Below, piece by piece: positions 36,810-45,623 of a stretch of DNA of 64,000 nt (positions within the stretch are counted from its first letter, which is position 1; each line of letters opens with the position of its first letter). The stretch is from Candidatus Omnitrophota bacterium. Lineage in GTDB: Bacteria; Omnitrophota; Gorgyraeia; B26-G9. The translations under genes were made by a program, and so were the position numbers. The DNA lies in NCBI GenBank assembly GCA_043826565.1, contig JBDRPX010000015.1, positions 67,317-131,316 of the forward strand, given 5' to 3'. Under the pieces are notes generated by a model. The model saw only the letters and a program-made list of their open reading frames with translations, was not told the DNA's origin and made no database searches.

Positions 36810-38325
36810 AGTTTGTTCAGTATCAAGTTCCGGACTTAAAACAATCGGGATCGATGTCGAAGTTAATATTGCCTCGCGCGGCTTACCCACACTTGAGATC
36901 GTGGGATTGCCGAGTAAGGCGGTGGCGGAAAGTAAAGAGCGGGTAAAAACAGCGATAATAAATTCTCAGCTGGAATTTCCGCAGCGTAAGATCATTATTA
37001 ATCTGGCTCCGGCAGATGTTCCTAAAGAAGGCTCTTGTTATGATCTGCCGATTGCCATGGGAATTTTAAGTTCGGAGCTGGGTTTTGACCTGCCGGAAAA
37101 AAGCCTTTTTTTCGGAGAGCTTTCTCTGGACGGTACTTTGCGGCACACAAAAGGAGCTTTGCTTTTGGCCTTATTTGCCAAAGAAAAAAATTTTAAAAAT
37201 ATCTTTGTGCCGAAAGCGTCGGCAAATGAAGCGGCAATTGTTAGAGGAGTAAATGTTTATCCGGTAGAAAATTTAAATCAGCTGATCGATCATTGCTTAG
37301 TCCAAACAGAAATAATCCCGGCTGAATATAGAGAATCCTCTGCGGATGAAATTTTCGTGGAATTTAATATGGCGGAAGTCTTAGGGCAGGAGCAGGCGAA
37401 AAGAGCTTTGGAAATCTCCGCGGCCGGAGGCCATAATTTTCTCATGGTCGGCAGTCCGGGAGCGGGAAAGACAATGCTGGCGCGGGCTTTGCCGGGAATA
37501 TTGCCGCCTTTATCGGAAAAAGAATCTTTAGAGGTAACCAAGATTTTTTCCATATCCGGGATGATCCCGCCGGAAGGTTCTTTAGTCAAGATCCGGCCGT
37601 TCCGCGCGCCGCATCATACGGTTTCCCAGATCGGCCTTACCGGAGGAGGAACAAAACCTCAGCCCGGAGAAATAAGCCTGGCGCACCGGGGTGTATTGTT
37701 TCTGGATGAGTTTAATGAATTTCCCCGGAGTGTGCTGGAAGCTTTGCGTCAGCCCATGGAAGACGGCAGTCTGACGATTTCCCGCAGCCGTCAGCGCGTA
37801 AAATATCCGGCGCAGTTTATTCTGGCAGCTTCGGCAAATCCCTGTCCCTGCGGATATTTAAATCATCCGAAAAGGGCTTGTAATTGTACCCCCAGAGAAA
37901 TAGAAAAATACCGCAACCGGGTTTCCGGACCGATCCTCGACCGCATTGATTTGCATATTGAAGTGCCGGTAGTGGATTTGGAACAACTGGCGCAGTTTGT
38001 TCCGCCGAAAAAAGCGCAGGCAACCTCTGCTCAGATCCGGCAGAGGGTTATCCGTGCCCGGGAAATCCAGCAGAAGCGTTTTAGCGAAGAGGGAATTCAC
38101 ACAAACGCGGAAATGAAAAACCGGCATATTACAAAATATTGCGCTTTATCCAAACCGGTAAAACAATTACTGGTTCAAGCCGGGAAAAAATTTCATCTTT
38201 CCGCCCGCGCTTATTATAAAATGATAAAAGTCGCCCGGACCATTGCTGATTTAGAAGGTACTTTAGAAATCACGATCGCGCATATGGCGGAAGCTTTGCA
38301 ATACCGCCTGAGAATTAAGGCCTGA
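36799..38325 (+). CDS. comM: Mg-chelatase-like AAA+ ATPase ComM/YifB
   Basis: N-terminal Lon-protease-like domain, Walker A GSPGAGKT, C-terminal ChlI domain. Confidence 0.9.
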   Translation: MLVKVCSVSSSGLKTIGIDVEVNIASRGLPTLEIVGLPSKAVAESKERVKTAIINSQLEFPQRKIIINLAPADVPKEGSCYDLPIAMGILSSELGFDLPEKSLFFGELSLDGTLRHTKGALLLALFAKEKNFKNIFVPKASANEAAIVRGVNVYPVENLNQLIDHCLVQTEIIPAEYRESSADEIFVEFNMAEVLGQEQAKRALEISAAGGHNFLMVGSPGAGKTMLARALPGILPPLSEKESLEVTKIFSISGMIPPEGSLVKIRPFRAPHHTVSQIGLTGGGTKPQPGEISLAHRGVLFLDEFNEFPRSVLEALRQPMEDGSLTISRSRQRVKYPAQFILAASANPCPCGYLNHPKRACNCTPREIEKYRNRVSGPILDRIDLHIEVPVVDLEQLAQFVPPKKAQATSAQIRQRVIRAREIQQKRFSEEGIHTNAEMKNRHITKYCALSKPVKQLLVQAGKKFHLSARAYYKMIKVARTIADLEGTLEITIAHMAEALQYRLRIKA

Positions 38326-38330
38326 TCCGG

Positions 38331-38690
38331 ATGAAAGACAATAATTTAACAGTCGGCCGGCGCGGAGAAAGTATCGCCCGGGAATATTTAGAAGCTAAAG
38401 GATATATTATCCTGGAACATAATTTCCGCAATAAGTATTCTGAGATCGATTTGATCGCGAAGCAAAAAGATATTTTAGTTTTTATCGAGGTAAGAACTAA
38501 GACCAGCGAGCGGTTCGGTACTCCGGAAGAATCCATCAATAAAAATAAAATTAAACGGCTTATCCGCAGTGCCCAGGCGTATACCGCGTATAAAAGATAT
38601 CAAGATCAATCCCGGATCGACGCGGTGTGTGTTGTGCTGGGAGAGGATGGCCACCCCGAGCGCATTAATCATTATGAATCGATCACATAA
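38331..38690 (+). CDS. yraN: YraN-family (UPF0102) endonuclease
   Basis: GRRGESIAREYLEAKGY...EIDLIAK...VFIEVRTK. Confidence 0.8.
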   Translation: MKDNNLTVGRRGESIAREYLEAKGYIILEHNFRNKYSEIDLIAKQKDILVFIEVRTKTSERFGTPEESINKNKIKRLIRSAQAYTAYKRYQDQSRIDAVCVVLGEDGHPERINHYESIT

Positions 38691-38729
38691 CTCTCCAAAC
38701 AGAAATCAGCCGATACCGTGATTAAATGT

Positions 38730-38758
38730 TTGAACCTGTCGGCATCTTTTAGTATAAT
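38730..38758 (+). promoter_or_regulatory. Candidate sigma70 promoter: -35 TTGAAC, 17-nt spacer, -10 TATAAT, upstream of the exeA-like/secretin locus
   Basis: TTGAAC 38730-38735; TATAAT 38753-38758. Confidence 0.4.
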
Positions 38759-38804
38759 ATAGAATAACCAGACATGTATACATAAAGGAAAGATTTTTTC
38801 AAGG

Positions 38805-39626
38805 ATGAGCTACTATACCGTACTAGGACTAGATAAAGAACCTTTTTCTTCCAGCCCGGACCCGGGATTCTTTTATGAATCTCCGGAGCACCATGCCGCG
38901 CTTATACGTTTAATGATTGGTATCCGCTTAAAACGGGGCTTGAGCTTAATGCTGGGTGACGTGGGTACCGGAAAAACTACATTATCCCGAAAACTTTTTC
39001 GAATATTAAAACAGCGCGAAGACATTGAATTTCATATGATCCTTGACCCTACCGATGACACGGAAGAACTTTTTTTAGATTCACTGGTCCGGACTTTTAA
39101 GATCACAATATCGGTAGAGAATCCTTCGGTCCTTGATTTCAAGGAAGCTTTAAAAAATTATTTATTTCGCGTGGGAGTGGAAGAAAAAAAAACCGTAGTC
39201 CTGCTTATTGATGAAGCGCAAAAACTTAATAGTATCTCTCTGGAAATTCTCCGCGTGCTTTTAAATTATGAGACCAATGAATATAAGCTTTTGCAATTGA
39301 TCGTCATGGGACAGCTGGAACTGCTGCCGCGGGTCCGGGAGATGAAAAATCTCTGGGACCGGATCAGTTTAAAATATGTATTAAATCCGCTTGATGAGCA
39401 GGAAACAAAAGAAATGATCGAATTTCGGCTGCAGCAGGCCGGGTATACAACCGGCCCCAGCTTTTTTACCGAGGAGGCGGTTGCGGAGATATATAATTAT
39501 ACTCAAGGTTATCCCCGCAGGATCGCGATGATTTGCCATAATTCGCTTCAGGAATTGGTGATGAAGAGTAAGCCGGTGGTGGATGCGAATATTATCCGGG
39601 AATTAATTGCCAGGGAAGTAACGTAA
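38805..39626 (+). CDS. ExeA/GspA/MshM-family AAA ATPase
   Basis: Walker A GDVGTGKTTL, Walker B LLIDEAQ; COG3267-like architecture. Confidence 0.8.
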   Translation: MSYYTVLGLDKEPFSSSPDPGFFYESPEHHAALIRLMIGIRLKRGLSLMLGDVGTGKTTLSRKLFRILKQREDIEFHMILDPTDDTEELFLDSLVRTFKITISVENPSVLDFKEALKNYLFRVGVEEKKTVVLLIDEAQKLNSISLEILRVLLNYETNEYKLLQLIVMGQLELLPRVREMKNLWDRISLKYVLNPLDEQETKEMIEFRLQQAGYTTGPSFFTEEAVAEIYNYTQGYPRRIAMICHNSLQELVMKSKPVVDANIIRELIAREVT

Positions 39627-39756
39627 CTAGTTCGTAGCTCATAGCTGATGGCTCATGGGAAAGACAGAAACTGGAAATCAATAATTAAAAAGTAAAAAGC
39701 AAAAGATCAAGAATGCACATTTAAAAATAGGAATATTTATTTATTGTGGTGTATGG

Positions 39757-39791
39757 CTTATAACTTATAACCTGTAACCTGTAACTTATTA
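39757..39791 (+). repeat. Tandem heptamer tract CTTATAA x2, CCTGTAA x2, CTTATTA immediately upstream of gene 39805
   Basis: Read from sequence; followed by tgtagg (GTAG head). Confidence 0.7.
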
Positions 39792-39804
39792 TGTAGGATT
39801 AATT

Positions 39805-40458
39805 ATGCCCCCGGATAAACTGACGCCCGAAGATAAATTACTGAATATTATTGAAGGGCCTTTGTCCGCGAAAGGGAACAGGTTTAACGCGAATAAGTCC
39901 GGCAGCGCGGCCTTAAAAAAAATGCGGTTTGGAGCGCTGTCTTTTTGGAAAGAAAAAAAATTTTTAAAAATTATTACTTTACAAAATCTTAACCGGGTGG
40001 TGGTCGTAACCGGAATATTTTTAGCGGGGTTTTTGCTGTTTGATTATCAGTATCAAAGAATTGATATGACAAACCGTCTGCTGACTGTAAAGCCGTCTCA
40101 GGAGCAGATAGACCGCTGGCTGAAACTTAAGCCTTCGCTGAAGATCTCGATCAAGGAAAGCCTTGAGGAAGCGCAGCGCCACAATATTTTTGCGCTGACC
40201 GCGTCAGGTTCCGGCACAAGTACCGGTAAGGTAAAAGAAGATGCCTGGGTTGCGGAAGCAACAGAGGCTGTTAATCAGTTAACTTTAGTGGGAGTTTTGT
40301 GGGAAACCGGTGCTCCGCAGGTAATGATCGAAGAAACTAAAAAAGGTAAAACGCATTTTTTAAGCGCCGGAGACGCGGTTGATATATTCAAAATTAAAAC
40401 GATAAACGAAAACAGTGTTGTTTTGGAAAAAAACGACAGAGAATGGGTATTAAGGTGA
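39805..40458 (+). CDS. Single-TM protein with C-terminal beta-domain, possibly GspC/PilP-like secretin-interacting protein
   Basis: 217 aa; TM at aa 65-85; C-terminal LVGVLWETGAPQVMIEE...GDAVDIFKIKTINENSVVLEKNDREWVL resembles the PilP/GspC HR fold pattern; lies between the ExeA-like gene and the secretin. Confidence 0.45.
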   Translation: MPPDKLTPEDKLLNIIEGPLSAKGNRFNANKSGSAALKKMRFGALSFWKEKKFLKIITLQNLNRVVVVTGIFLAGFLLFDYQYQRIDMTNRLLTVKPSQEQIDRWLKLKPSLKISIKESLEEAQRHNIFALTASGSGTSTGKVKEDAWVAEATEAVNQLTLVGVLWETGAPQVMIEETKKGKTHFLSAGDAVDIFKIKTINENSVVLEKNDREWVLR

Positions 40459-40462
40459 AAGA

Positions 40463-42217
40463 ATGCGATTATTGCTAAAGAGATTATTCAGGAGTATCGG
40501 AACAATAGTGCTGATTGGGTTATTGTTTTATCCGGGAATAGCCAGCTCTCAAGAAGATCCTGTTGATGAATTTTTACCGGAAGAAGCAGTTGGGGAAATT
40601 AATGAGTCTTTGCCGGAAGATGCGGCAATCAGCGAACAGGAAATTTTGGAAAACCTGACCATGGGCATAAAAAATAACGCAAACTCGATATCTTTGGATT
40701 TAAAAGGGATGAATGTTGTGGAATTACTGAGGATGCTGGCTTTAAAAACCGGGCTGACGATTGTTCCCAGCAAGGGGGTTAGCGGCCGGATCAATATATT
40801 TTTAAACAATGTAAGTTTTCAGGAAGCGCTGGATATAATTTTAGTTACCCAGAATTTAGCCAGTGAAAGAAAAGGCGATGTTATTTATATTACTACCGCG
40901 GCAGAGTATAAGCGTTTGTACGGGAAAGATTATGTTGAAAACCGGGAGCACAAAAATATAAAACTGCAATTTGCCGACCCGGCAAATGTCTTTGCGGTGT
41001 TGAGCCAGTTGAAATCGGAGATCGGTAAAGTTATTGTGGATAAGGCTTCGGGAATGGTTATTCTGATTGATATCCCGGAAAAACTCGAGGTTATGGAAAG
41101 CGCGGTAAAGAAACTTGAGACCCCTTTGGAAATGGCGGTGTTTGAGCTTAATTATGCCAAGCCGGAAGAAATAAAAGCCGGGCTGAATGAGATCATTACT
41201 CCGGGAACAGGGAAAATAATTTTTGACGAAAGAAGTTCCCAAGTGATCGTTTATGACCTTCCGGAAAAAATGGATAAGATCGAAAGAATCGTAAAAAGTT
41301 TAGACGCGGAGGAGAAAGAGGTATTTATTGAAGCGGATATAGTGCAGGTAACCTTAAGTGACCGGTATCAAAAAGGCATAGACTGGGAAATGATCTCCGG
41401 AGGAAATAATGATTTAGTCAGCGCTTTTCCCCTAACGCCCACGCCGGCAAACTTAGGTAAGATAAGTATCGGAACATTGGCCGGAGATGATTATACGGCA
41501 GTGCTGGAATTGCTCAGGACCCAGGGAGATATAAAAATACTTTCTAATCCTAAACTCGCGGTGGTAAATAATCAGGAAGCCAGAATTTTGGTCGGAACAC
41601 GGGATGCTTATGTTACTCAGACTTTAAGCCAGGCCGAATCAACAACGGTTACTTCGGAAAATATTGAATTTATCGATGTCGGAGTAAAATTAAATGTTGT
41701 TCCGAAAATCAATAATGACGGGTTTATTACCATGACTATTAAGCCGGAAGTCAGCAATGTCGCTGAAACAATCACGACTTCACTTGGCAGCCGTATTCCG
41801 ATTGTGGAAACATCGGAAGTGGAAACGGTAGTGAAAGTAAAAGATAATACTATGATCATGATCGCGGGTTTACGTAAAGACGAAAAAAGAGATCAAAGGG
41901 AAGGTGTCCCCGGCCTGGAAAAATTACCGTTTTTGGGCGGCCTTTTCCGCTCACGGGATCAAAGCACCCGGCAGACAGAAATCATAGTCTTTATTACCCC
42001 GCATATTATTACCGGAGCGGAAGCCTCCCCGGAAGGTTATAAAAGAGAATTTATGGGGAATAAACAAAATGTTACTGAAGCTAAAGAACCAAGCGGCGAT
42101 ATATTCTTAGAAGAATTAGGCCTGGTTAATTCTTTGCCGGAAGATGAAGGCGGGGAAGAAGATATTATGGAAAATGATGATTTTGATTTTGAAGACCAAT
42201 TAAAAGGAATTAAGTAA
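40463..42217 (+). CDS. Secretin (PilQ/GspD/MshL family)
   Basis: Signal peptide, N0-like domain, C-terminal secretin domain (ILSNPKLAVVNNQEARILVG...GVPGLEKLPFLGGLFR). Confidence 0.85.
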   Translation: MRLLLKRLFRSIGTIVLIGLLFYPGIASSQEDPVDEFLPEEAVGEINESLPEDAAISEQEILENLTMGIKNNANSISLDLKGMNVVELLRMLALKTGLTIVPSKGVSGRINIFLNNVSFQEALDIILVTQNLASERKGDVIYITTAAEYKRLYGKDYVENREHKNIKLQFADPANVFAVLSQLKSEIGKVIVDKASGMVILIDIPEKLEVMESAVKKLETPLEMAVFELNYAKPEEIKAGLNEIITPGTGKIIFDERSSQVIVYDLPEKMDKIERIVKSLDAEEKEVFIEADIVQVTLSDRYQKGIDWEMISGGNNDLVSAFPLTPTPANLGKISIGTLAGDDYTAVLELLRTQGDIKILSNPKLAVVNNQEARILVGTRDAYVTQTLSQAESTTVTSENIEFIDVGVKLNVVPKINNDGFITMTIKPEVSNVAETITTSLGSRIPIVETSEVETVVKVKDNTMIMIAGLRKDEKRDQREGVPGLEKLPFLGGLFRSRDQSTRQTEIIVFITPHIITGAEASPEGYKREFMGNKQNVTEAKEPSGDIFLEELGLVNSLPEDEGGEEDIMENDDFDFEDQLKGIK

Positions 42218-42295
42218 AATAAAAACAGAAGATAGAGAATTGAAAATAGAAAATAGTAAAAAATTTTAAATATTTTTTAACCGAAAGGGTGTTTC

Positions 42296-44275
42296 ATGGC
42301 CAAACAAAGAGCGAAGTGTTTTTCATGGATATTGATTTTTTTCAGTATGTGTGTTTTTTTGCGCGCGCAGAAGGCTCTGGCGACTGATTATTCGAATATT
42401 CTGGAACAATACCGGGAAACAATCAAAGCGCAGGAAACAGATATAGAAAAGCTGGAAGAGAAGACTGCGTTGCTGCGCAAGGCTTGCCTCTTACTGAAAA
42501 ACAGCAATGAGATCAATGAAGCCAGAATAAAAGAGCTTGAGGATCAAAGTGAAGAACTGGCCATGGTGTCAAAATTAACCGAACTTTCAAAAAAGCAAAG
42601 GGAAAAGATCACTGACCAGGAAAAAGAAATAAATAAACTCAAAGAACAGCTAAAAGAAGAGCAGGCAAAAAGCCAAACCGCCGGTTCACAAGCTGCGGCA
42701 AAAAAGCAGGAAGAAATAAACAAACTCAAGGAACAGTTAAAAGAAGAACAGGCAAAAAGCCAGGCTGCCGGCGCGCAAGCTGCCGGGAAAATGGAAAAAG
42801 AAATCGACAGGCTAAAAGATGAAAATGCTAAGGTTGTAAAAGAAAATGCCGCATTGCATGGTTCTCTATCCGGCTTAAAATCTTCGGAAATGACGGGAGA
42901 AGACAGACGCAGAAAAACTGAAGATGAGATGATTAACCTTAAAAAGAAAAATGAACTGCTGATTGATTCTTATGAAATGCTTAAAAAGCGCAATGATTTT
43001 AACGAAGAAAGATTAAAAGCATTTGAAGATAGAAGCACCGAATCCCGAATGCTCGGACAGTTAAAGACTAAACTAAGCGAGCAGAGAGACGAGATCGAAA
43101 AAAAAGATGAGCTGATCAGGTCCTTGAAAAAGCAAAGCGAAATGCTTACGGATAAGAACTATTTGATCCGTCAGGAAAAACAATTTTCACTGGAGGCGGA
43201 CCAGAAAAGGATGGAAGAAAAAATCCAGTCGCTGGAGAATTCGATTGATGAGCTAAAAAAAGAAAACTCCGATCTGGCCCGGGAAAACAAAAAAATCCTC
43301 CTGGCTAAGCTTTCCCAGGATGAGTTACAGGAAGAAAGCGGATATTTAAAGGAAGAGGTTGAACGTTTAAAAAAGAAAAACACAGAATTAAGCAGTTCCG
43401 CTTCTTTGGGGAGCGAGACATCCGATGATTTAAAAGATAAACTTCAGTCGCTGGAGAATAAAGCTGATTCTTTAGAGGCAAGTGAGACGCGTCTGACCAA
43501 GGAAAACGCGATGCTGCGCGTTTCTCTCGAAGCGATGGAAGAAGCGGCCCGGACAAAAGTCGATACAATGTCGGAAGATGAAAGAATAAAATCGGTTATT
43601 GAGGCTAATGAACGGCTGGCGAAACTTACCGACAGCCAGTGGCAAATAATTTCTGAGCGTGAGAAAATTGTGACCGCACTTAAAGAAAGCACCCAAAAGC
43701 TGGAGGCGGCTATTGCTAAGATGAAAAGCGAAAACGCGGATACCGTTATCGGCTTAAAGAAAGATATCGCAATTTTAAAACAGGAAAAGCTGATTTTAAA
43801 TGATTCCTGCGAGCTGCTTGAGCAGAAGACAAAATTAAGTGAAGAAAAAGCGCAGTTATGGGAAGGCAAAGCCGCTAGTTTGGGGCTGGTGGAGCCGGAA
43901 GAAGCGCAAGCCGAAGATGATAAGTCCGGGCGTAATTTTTCCGGTAAGTCCAATTCCGGGAAAAAAGAAAAACCCGCGGAAAAGAAAATAAGTACCGATG
44001 AAATTGTCCGCTTGGAAAAAGAATCAGCCCTGGCGCATAAAAAATTAGGAGCAATTTATACGCAGCAAAAACTTTATAAAGAAGCGATTGATGCCTATCA
44101 AAAATCTATATCATATGATACAAGCGACGCCGCGATATATTATCAGCTGGGGCTTTTATGCGCGCAGTTAAAAAACAAACCGGAAGCAATAACCAATTTT
44201 AAAAAGTACCTAACCTTAAAGCCTAAAGCCAAGAACAGGAAAAGGGTTGAGGAACTGATAAAGATGCTGCAATGA
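42296..44275 (+). CDS. Coiled-coil protein with C-terminal TPR repeats (MshN-like?) containing an internal 28-aa tandem duplication
   Basis: 659 aa; signal/TM, ~550 aa heptad-rich K/E region, C-terminal TPRs (AIDAYQKSISYD...). Confidence 0.6.
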   Translation: MAKQRAKCFSWILIFFSMCVFLRAQKALATDYSNILEQYRETIKAQETDIEKLEEKTALLRKACLLLKNSNEINEARIKELEDQSEELAMVSKLTELSKKQREKITDQEKEINKLKEQLKEEQAKSQTAGSQAAAKKQEEINKLKEQLKEEQAKSQAAGAQAAGKMEKEIDRLKDENAKVVKENAALHGSLSGLKSSEMTGEDRRRKTEDEMINLKKKNELLIDSYEMLKKRNDFNEERLKAFEDRSTESRMLGQLKTKLSEQRDEIEKKDELIRSLKKQSEMLTDKNYLIRQEKQFSLEADQKRMEEKIQSLENSIDELKKENSDLARENKKILLAKLSQDELQEESGYLKEEVERLKKKNTELSSSASLGSETSDDLKDKLQSLENKADSLEASETRLTKENAMLRVSLEAMEEAARTKVDTMSEDERIKSVIEANERLAKLTDSQWQIISEREKIVTALKESTQKLEAAIAKMKSENADTVIGLKKDIAILKQEKLILNDSCELLEQKTKLSEEKAQLWEGKAASLGLVEPEEAQAEDDKSGRNFSGKSNSGKKEKPAEKKISTDEIVRLEKESALAHKKLGAIYTQQKLYKEAIDAYQKSISYDTSDAAIYYQLGLLCAQLKNKPEAITNFKKYLTLKPKAKNRKRVEELIKMLQ

Positions 44276-44985
44276 AGAAAATGCTTGTCTGGGGTCTTAT
44301 GATATCAATCATGGGAGCGCTTGCCGGAGTGAGCGTTTTTTTGTTCTTAAAGGTAAAGTCCCTGAGAGTTAAACTCGAGCAGAATCAGCATGTCTGCGAA
44401 CGGCTTTCCCAAGATATAAATGATTCGCGCAAAGAAAAAGAGGAAATTATTAACAAAAGTGAACAGCTTAATTCCGAAGTTGTTTCCTCTTTGGGCTTAA
44501 GCAATAAACTCCGGCAGGAGAATAAGGAATTAAAAAAGGAATTAGAACCGATAAAAAAGGATTTAGAGGAAAAAGAACAGCTGTTAAAAAAATTAAAGCA
44601 GGATATTATAATTGCCCAGGAAAAAACTCAGGCAAAAGAAGCTCAAACTGAAAAATTCAAGGCAGAGAGTGTTAAGCTAAAAGAAAAAATTGTGTTTTTA
44701 GAGAAAAGTATCCAAAGGGAAAAAGTGGATTTTTATTATAATCTGGGGGTAGCCTATACCAAGGCGAAGATGTATGAGCAGGCGATAAAAGTATATGAAC
44801 AGTCGCTGGACTTAGACGCGGAAAACCCGGAAGCTAATTATAATTTAGGCTTAATATATCAGAATATTAAAAAAGATACGCAAACAGCAGTAGCTTATTA
44901 TCAGCGTTATCTGGAGTTAATTCCGGATGGCGAAGAAGCGCAGGAAATTGAAGAGTTAATTATGGAATTGACCGGCAGGTTTTAA
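44272..44985 (+). CDS. Coiled-coil + TPR membrane protein
   Basis: 237 aa; N-terminal TM, coiled coil, C-terminal TPRs; ATGA overlap. Confidence 0.6.
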   Translation: MKKMLVWGLMISIMGALAGVSVFLFLKVKSLRVKLEQNQHVCERLSQDINDSRKEKEEIINKSEQLNSEVVSSLGLSNKLRQENKELKKELEPIKKDLEEKEQLLKKLKQDIIIAQEKTQAKEAQTEKFKAESVKLKEKIVFLEKSIQREKVDFYYNLGVAYTKAKMYEQAIKVYEQSLDLDAENPEANYNLGLIYQNIKKDTQTAVAYYQRYLELIPDGEEAQEIEELIMELTGRF

Positions 44986-45024
44986 AAGACATCCTATAAA
45001 GATCAGGATGTCTAGGGGTTAAAC

Positions 45025-45315
45025 TTGAGAAAGCGAACTATTATTATCAAATATGCGATCCTTGTCCTGATCATGGCATTGATACTTTTAGCCGCGTTGA
45101 ATATTCTGGCAAGCCGGTCGATCAGTCAAATAGCTCCGATAAAAGAGCTTGAATTCCAGAGCCAAAGCAAATTAGGGGGGCTGGAAGTTTCCGAAGAACT
45201 GGGTGAAAAATATAAACAGGATACACAGGCTTATGAAGCCTTAGCTGTAGAATTAAAAAAAAGTGTTTTGAAGATGAGAGAATTGCAAAAAACAATAAAT
45301 CCGGAACTTTTGTGA
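45025..45315 (+). CDS. Small hypothetical membrane protein (TTG start)
   Basis: 96 aa with one TM plus coiled coil; start codon uncertain. Confidence 0.3.
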   Translation: MRKRTIIIKYAILVLIMALILLAALNILASRSISQIAPIKELEFQSQSKLGGLEVSEELGEKYKQDTQAYEALAVELKKSVLKMRELQKTINPELL

Positions 45316-45350
45316 TAACAAACAGTTGCGGTTTACAGTGCCACGCACTA

Positions 45351-45379
45351 TTGCGAGCCTTTATATAGTATGGTATACT
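45351..45379 (+). promoter_or_regulatory. Candidate promoter: -35 TTGCGA, 17-nt spacer, TGg-TATACT extended -10
   Basis: TTGCGA 45351-45356; TG 45371-45372; TATACT 45374-45379; would give a ~235-nt leader before ATG 45624. Confidence 0.4.
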
Positions 45380-45575
45380 TTTAGTAGAGGAAATAGTAGG
45401 TGTGTTAAAGGCAAACTCAGCGGAAGCTGAGGACGCAAAGCCGTGCGTCCTGGAGATATTATCGGGATTGGCAGGTTACAAACAGTCAAAAGATATATCT
45501 CAGGCATTGTTTGCCTGGGATTTTTTTTTGAAAGGAAGTCAAAGTGCCACGCACCCGCCCGTCGGAGACGGGCGA

Positions 45576-45610
45576 ATGACAAATGACAAATGACAAATGA
45601 CAAATGACAA
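45576..45610 (+). repeat. Perfect tandem heptamer (ATGACAA)x5 abutting the RBS of gene 45624
   Basis: Five exact copies 45576-45610, followed by atAGGGGGttaatATG. Confidence 0.95.
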
Positions 45611-45623
45611 ATAGGGGGTTAAT

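Noticed and set aside
45402-45593. 63-aa + strand ORF inside the structured leader, ending in MTNDK encoded by the heptamer repeats
   Set aside because: Overlaps the hairpins and the (ATGACAA)5 tract; no RBS; low-complexity product. Treated as non-coding leader.
45576-45610. Possibility that the tandem 7-mers are a CRISPR array
   Set aside because: Units are 7 nt, directly tandem with no spacers; no cas genes. This is a microsatellite-like tract, not CRISPR.
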